This document shows, piece after piece, positions 61,615 to 64,000 of a stretch of 64,000 nt of DNA. This DNA comes from Candidatus Omnitrophota bacterium (GTDB lineage Bacteria; Omnitrophota; Gorgyraeia; Pluralincolimonadales; Pluralincolimonadaceae), in NCBI GenBank assembly GCA_903889135.1, contig CAISWF010000170.1:1638-65637 (forward strand). Direction: 5' to 3'. The notes under the pieces were generated by a model. That model saw nothing but the letters and a program-made list of their open reading frames with translations, ran no database searches and had not been told where the DNA came from. Position numbers and translations under genes: made by a program. How positions within the stretch are numbered: position 1 is the stretch's first letter; each line of letters begins with the position of its first letter.

Positions 61615-62541
61615 ATGGAAAATACCGCAGTTTCCGATCTTATCCCCGAGGTGCGTATCCGACGGCAATCCGTCTATTATTATATAGCCATGATCTTATG
61701 GCCGGCCTATCTTTTCTTGCTTCCAGCGGTATTTATGCGCATCGGCTGGTGGGTGATCTTTTATTTGATCTTCCCCGGGCTGTACCTTTTTACCTGGGTG
61801 GGGTACCTTATGCATGAAAGCTGGCATAAATATGTCCCGAACGTGGATAGTCATTTTTTCTATAATATCTTTGCGCTCATGATCCTGTCGGATCCTCAGC
61901 TTTACCATATGAGCCATGGATCGCATCATGCGCAAGTGAATACGTATGACGACGCGGAATTCCATCCGCTGGGAGAGGTCAGATCAAGGGGCATGCGGAT
62001 AATATATCACTGGCTGGAAGTCGTGTTCGGGGTCGCTTTCTTGTTCGCGGCGGCCAGCCTGACGGTACCCCGGGACCCGCGTTTTGCCAAAAGATACCGG
62101 TTTTGGAAACTACCCTTATCGGTTTTATCGTGGGTGATCTTTTTTGTCGGTCTTGGATATCTGTCCCATCTTGTTTTTGGCGCCGCCTTGCGGCAAGTGT
62201 TCCTGTTATATTTCCTGAGTTTCTGGCTCGGTTCATTTTTCCTGCATCAATCGCAGCTTATAGAGCACGGGAACCTGATCGTTGAAGGGACATTTCAACA
62301 GCGCAATGTCCGGACGCGGAACTTGAAGCCGGCCGGGATGGCGGAAAAGGTTTTCCTGTTCTTGACGCACGGCGATTCGCGCGAACATGTCCTGCATCAT
62401 ACGTTGACGGCCGTCTATACCCGTCCGTTCCCGGGGACGGTTCCTTTGCCGGAAGGGACGGTATCGATCACTATGGGTGATTATTGCCAGCTTTTATGGC
62501 GCATGTTGGTCGGGAAAGTAGATAAAGAGCAATTTCGGTGA
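61615..62541 (+). CDS. Fatty acid desaturase-family integral membrane protein
   Basis: Three His boxes (HESWH, HGSHH, HVLHH) are spaced as in membrane desaturases/hydroxylases, with 4 TM helices. Confidence 0.6.
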   Translation: MENTAVSDLIPEVRIRRQSVYYYIAMILWPAYLFLLPAVFMRIGWWVIFYLIFPGLYLFTWVGYLMHESWHKYVPNVDSHFFYNIFALMILSDPQLYHMSHGSHHAQVNTYDDAEFHPLGEVRSRGMRIIYHWLEVVFGVAFLFAAASLTVPRDPRFAKRYRFWKLPLSVLSWVIFFVGLGYLSHLVFGAALRQVFLLYFLSFWLGSFFLHQSQLIEHGNLIVEGTFQQRNVRTRNLKPAGMAEKVFLFLTHGDSREHVLHHTLTAVYTRPFPGTVPLPEGTVSITMGDYCQLLWRMLVGKVDKEQFR

Positions 62542-62571
62542 AATAATTATGGTGACAAGCTCAAGCTAAAA

Positions 62572-63261
62572 ATGGATAATTTCCGTAAATATGGTGATCC
62601 GCCGTTTAGGATAGCCGTGGTCCATGGCGGGCCCGGAGGGGCCGGAGAGGTCGCGCCGGTTGCGCGCGAACTCTCATCGGAATATGGTGTCCTCGAGCCG
62701 CTCCAGACAGCCGTTTCGGTCAACGGGCAGGTCGAAGAATTGAAAGCTGTCCTGGAGAAAGAAGCGGAACTTCCCGTTGTGTTAATAGGCCATTCGTGGG
62801 GAGCGTGGCTCAGTCTTATTCTTGCGGTGAAACATCCCGCGTTGGTAAAAAAGCTTATTCTCGTCGGAAGCGGGCCGTTCGAAGAGAAATACGCCGCCGA
62901 GATATCAAGGGCCAGGCTTGACCGCATGGATAAGGAAACAGTGCCTGACGCCTATGACCCGATCGAAGGTAAACCTGAACCGATCGATTATAAAGGCGAT
63001 ATATTTAACAGCGTATGGAAGGAAGCTGAGGAGTTAAGAAGCAGCGGAAAACTGCTCGAGTTCGTGAAAGATATTAAATGTCCTGTTGTCGCTATTCATG
63101 GAGATTATGATCCCCATCCCGCGGAAGGCGTCCAAAAGCCGCTATCGGCCATTCTTAAGGACTTCCGGTTTATCCTCCTTGATCACTGCGGCCATAAGCC
63201 GTGGATAGAAAAGGATGCGAGGGAGAAATTTTTCGAGCTCATAAGGAATGAGTTGTCATAA
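62572..63261 (+). CDS. Alpha/beta hydrolase
   Basis: The GxSxG nucleophile elbow is GHSWG. The protein is 229 aa, and the catalytic His is probably in DHCGH. Confidence 0.7.
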   Translation: MDNFRKYGDPPFRIAVVHGGPGGAGEVAPVARELSSEYGVLEPLQTAVSVNGQVEELKAVLEKEAELPVVLIGHSWGAWLSLILAVKHPALVKKLILVGSGPFEEKYAAEISRARLDRMDKETVPDAYDPIEGKPEPIDYKGDIFNSVWKEAEELRSSGKLLEFVKDIKCPVVAIHGDYDPHPAEGVQKPLSAILKDFRFILLDHCGHKPWIEKDAREKFFELIRNELS

Positions 63262-63274
63262 GTAAGGAAATCAT

Positions 63275-63736
63275 ATGAAATATCTTAAATATCTCGTTAT
63301 AACCGCAGTAATAGTCCTGGCGGCCGCCGCGGTTTGCCATTTTACCGGGACAAATAACGCCAATATGCCGGCTGTCCGGCTTGTGCCGGGTGACATAATA
63401 TGGAAATCCGACCCCAAACTGCACGGCCTGCAGACCGCGGTCCTCGCAGGGGACCCAAGCATCGCGGCGCCATACACCCAGCGCATCAGGATACCCGCAA
63501 ATACCATATTGAAACCCCATTCTCATCCGAACAAGGCAAGGATGGTCACCGTCCTATCCGGGACATTCTATTATGCCTACGGCGATAAGTTCGACGAGTC
63601 GAAGCTGAAGGAACTTCCTCCCGGGAGTTTCTTCACGGAGCCGAGCGGGATGTCGCACTACGCGATGACCAAGAACCAGGAAGTGATCCTCCAGCTAAAC
63701 GCTATCGGGCCTGACGGCACGAGTTACGTCAAATAA
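63275..63736 (+). CDS. Secreted cupin-domain protein
   Basis: A signal peptide is present. A cupin-like two-His motif region (KPHSHPNKARMVTVLSGTFYY...PSGMSHY) follows. Confidence 0.55.
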   Translation: MKYLKYLVITAVIVLAAAAVCHFTGTNNANMPAVRLVPGDIIWKSDPKLHGLQTAVLAGDPSIAAPYTQRIRIPANTILKPHSHPNKARMVTVLSGTFYYAYGDKFDESKLKELPPGSFFTEPSGMSHYAMTKNQEVILQLNAIGPDGTSYVK

Positions 63737-63964
63737 TTTTTTGAAAGAAAATCCCGCCATTTTGCGTCTATTTAACTAAAGGAGTGATATCTGGCTCGAA
63801 CCGACAATAGGGCCCCGCGAGCGGATTCTATTCTAAGCGAGTTATTTCTTCGCAGCTGCTATCCTGAGTATAGCTGTGAAGAAATCCGAGCGAAGAATGA
63901 ATCCCGAAGCAGGGGACTCAATTTTAAGCGGTTTGAGCCTAATTCCGACGTCCTATAATATTAT

Positions 63965-63992
63965 TGACATATCCGGTCGATATGCTATAATT
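63965..63992 (+). promoter_or_regulatory. Consensus sigma70 promoter (TTGACA, 16-nt spacer, TATAAT) firing rightward out of the window
   Basis: Perfect hexamers lie at 63965-63970 and 63987-63992. A second TATAAT at 63954-63959 suggests tandem promoters. No ORF lies downstream within the window. Confidence 0.5.
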
Positions 63993-64000
63993 CTGGTTTA

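Noticed and set aside
63781-63840. A tRNA-like T-arm on the minus strand (ggttcgagcc, reverse complement of ggctcgaacc)
   Set aside because: No acceptor stem, D-arm or anticodon arm could be folded around it. It is probably a chance GTTCGA match, or at most a tRNA remnant.

Overview
This 64-kb window is a gene-dense (about 95% coding), high-GC bacterial chromosomal segment. Most genes are housekeeping genes on the + strand. One ordering caveat: the thyX-ECF sigma-anti-sigma-GH16-like-MFS-APC block (3974..9702) lies before the nfeD/tRNA region, not among the genes between clpC and cysS. In coordinate order the window holds a truncated glycoside hydrolase, a metalloprotease cluster, the thyX-ECF sigma-anti-sigma-hydrolase-transporter block, tRNA-Leu, a stomatin/NfeD pair and tRNA-Ala, then nfo, leuS, comEA, a parvulin PPIase, comEC, a PilZ protein, bamD, lptE and holA. 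These are followed by rpsT, murJ, uvrC, an MGMT-like protein, prfB, secA, lnt, lysS, lolCD, a class IV aminotransferase, mcsA-mcsB-clpC, a hypothetical membrane protein with mlaEFD, yacL-ispD-ispF-cysE-cysS, two sugar ABC permeases, tmk-holB-ricT-metG, a TatD-radical SAM fusion, a CPBP protease, a DUF362 Fe-S protein, mtnA-thiL-tsaE-tsaB-alr, and a desaturase-like, alpha/beta hydrolase and cupin set at the 3' end. Local gene order resembles Firmicutes (mcsAB-clpC...yacL-ispDF-cysES; tmk-holB-ricT-metG-tatD; thiL-tsaEB), yet outer-membrane biogenesis genes (bamD, lptE, lolCD, mlaEFD, lnt) are present, so the source is probably a diderm lineage, possibly a candidate phylum. I found no transposases, integrases or CRISPR arrays. 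The features most worth a second look are: (1) the prfB programmed +1 frameshift site (CTT TGA C preceded by GGAGG); (2) a UvrC lacking its HhH domain whose 3' end overlaps an MGMT-C-domain gene across an A6 run; (3) a TatD-radical SAM fusion followed by a CPBP protease and a DUF362 Fe-S protein; (4) a large AsmA-like hypothetical protein immediately upstream of mlaEFD with no mlaC/mlaB; (5) a TM-HAMP protein continuous with a secreted HEXXH domain; (6) an ECF sigma/ZAS anti-sigma pair with a secreted GH16-like protein and two transporters; (7) a 4x21-nt in-frame SPAK(G/S)RT repeat extending the N-terminus of alanine racemase; and (8) a consensus sigma70 promoter and structured leader at the right edge of the window. 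Coordinates I located by hand (promoters, tRNAs, the frameshift site) may be off by 1 to 2 nt; CDS coordinates follow the supplied ORF track.
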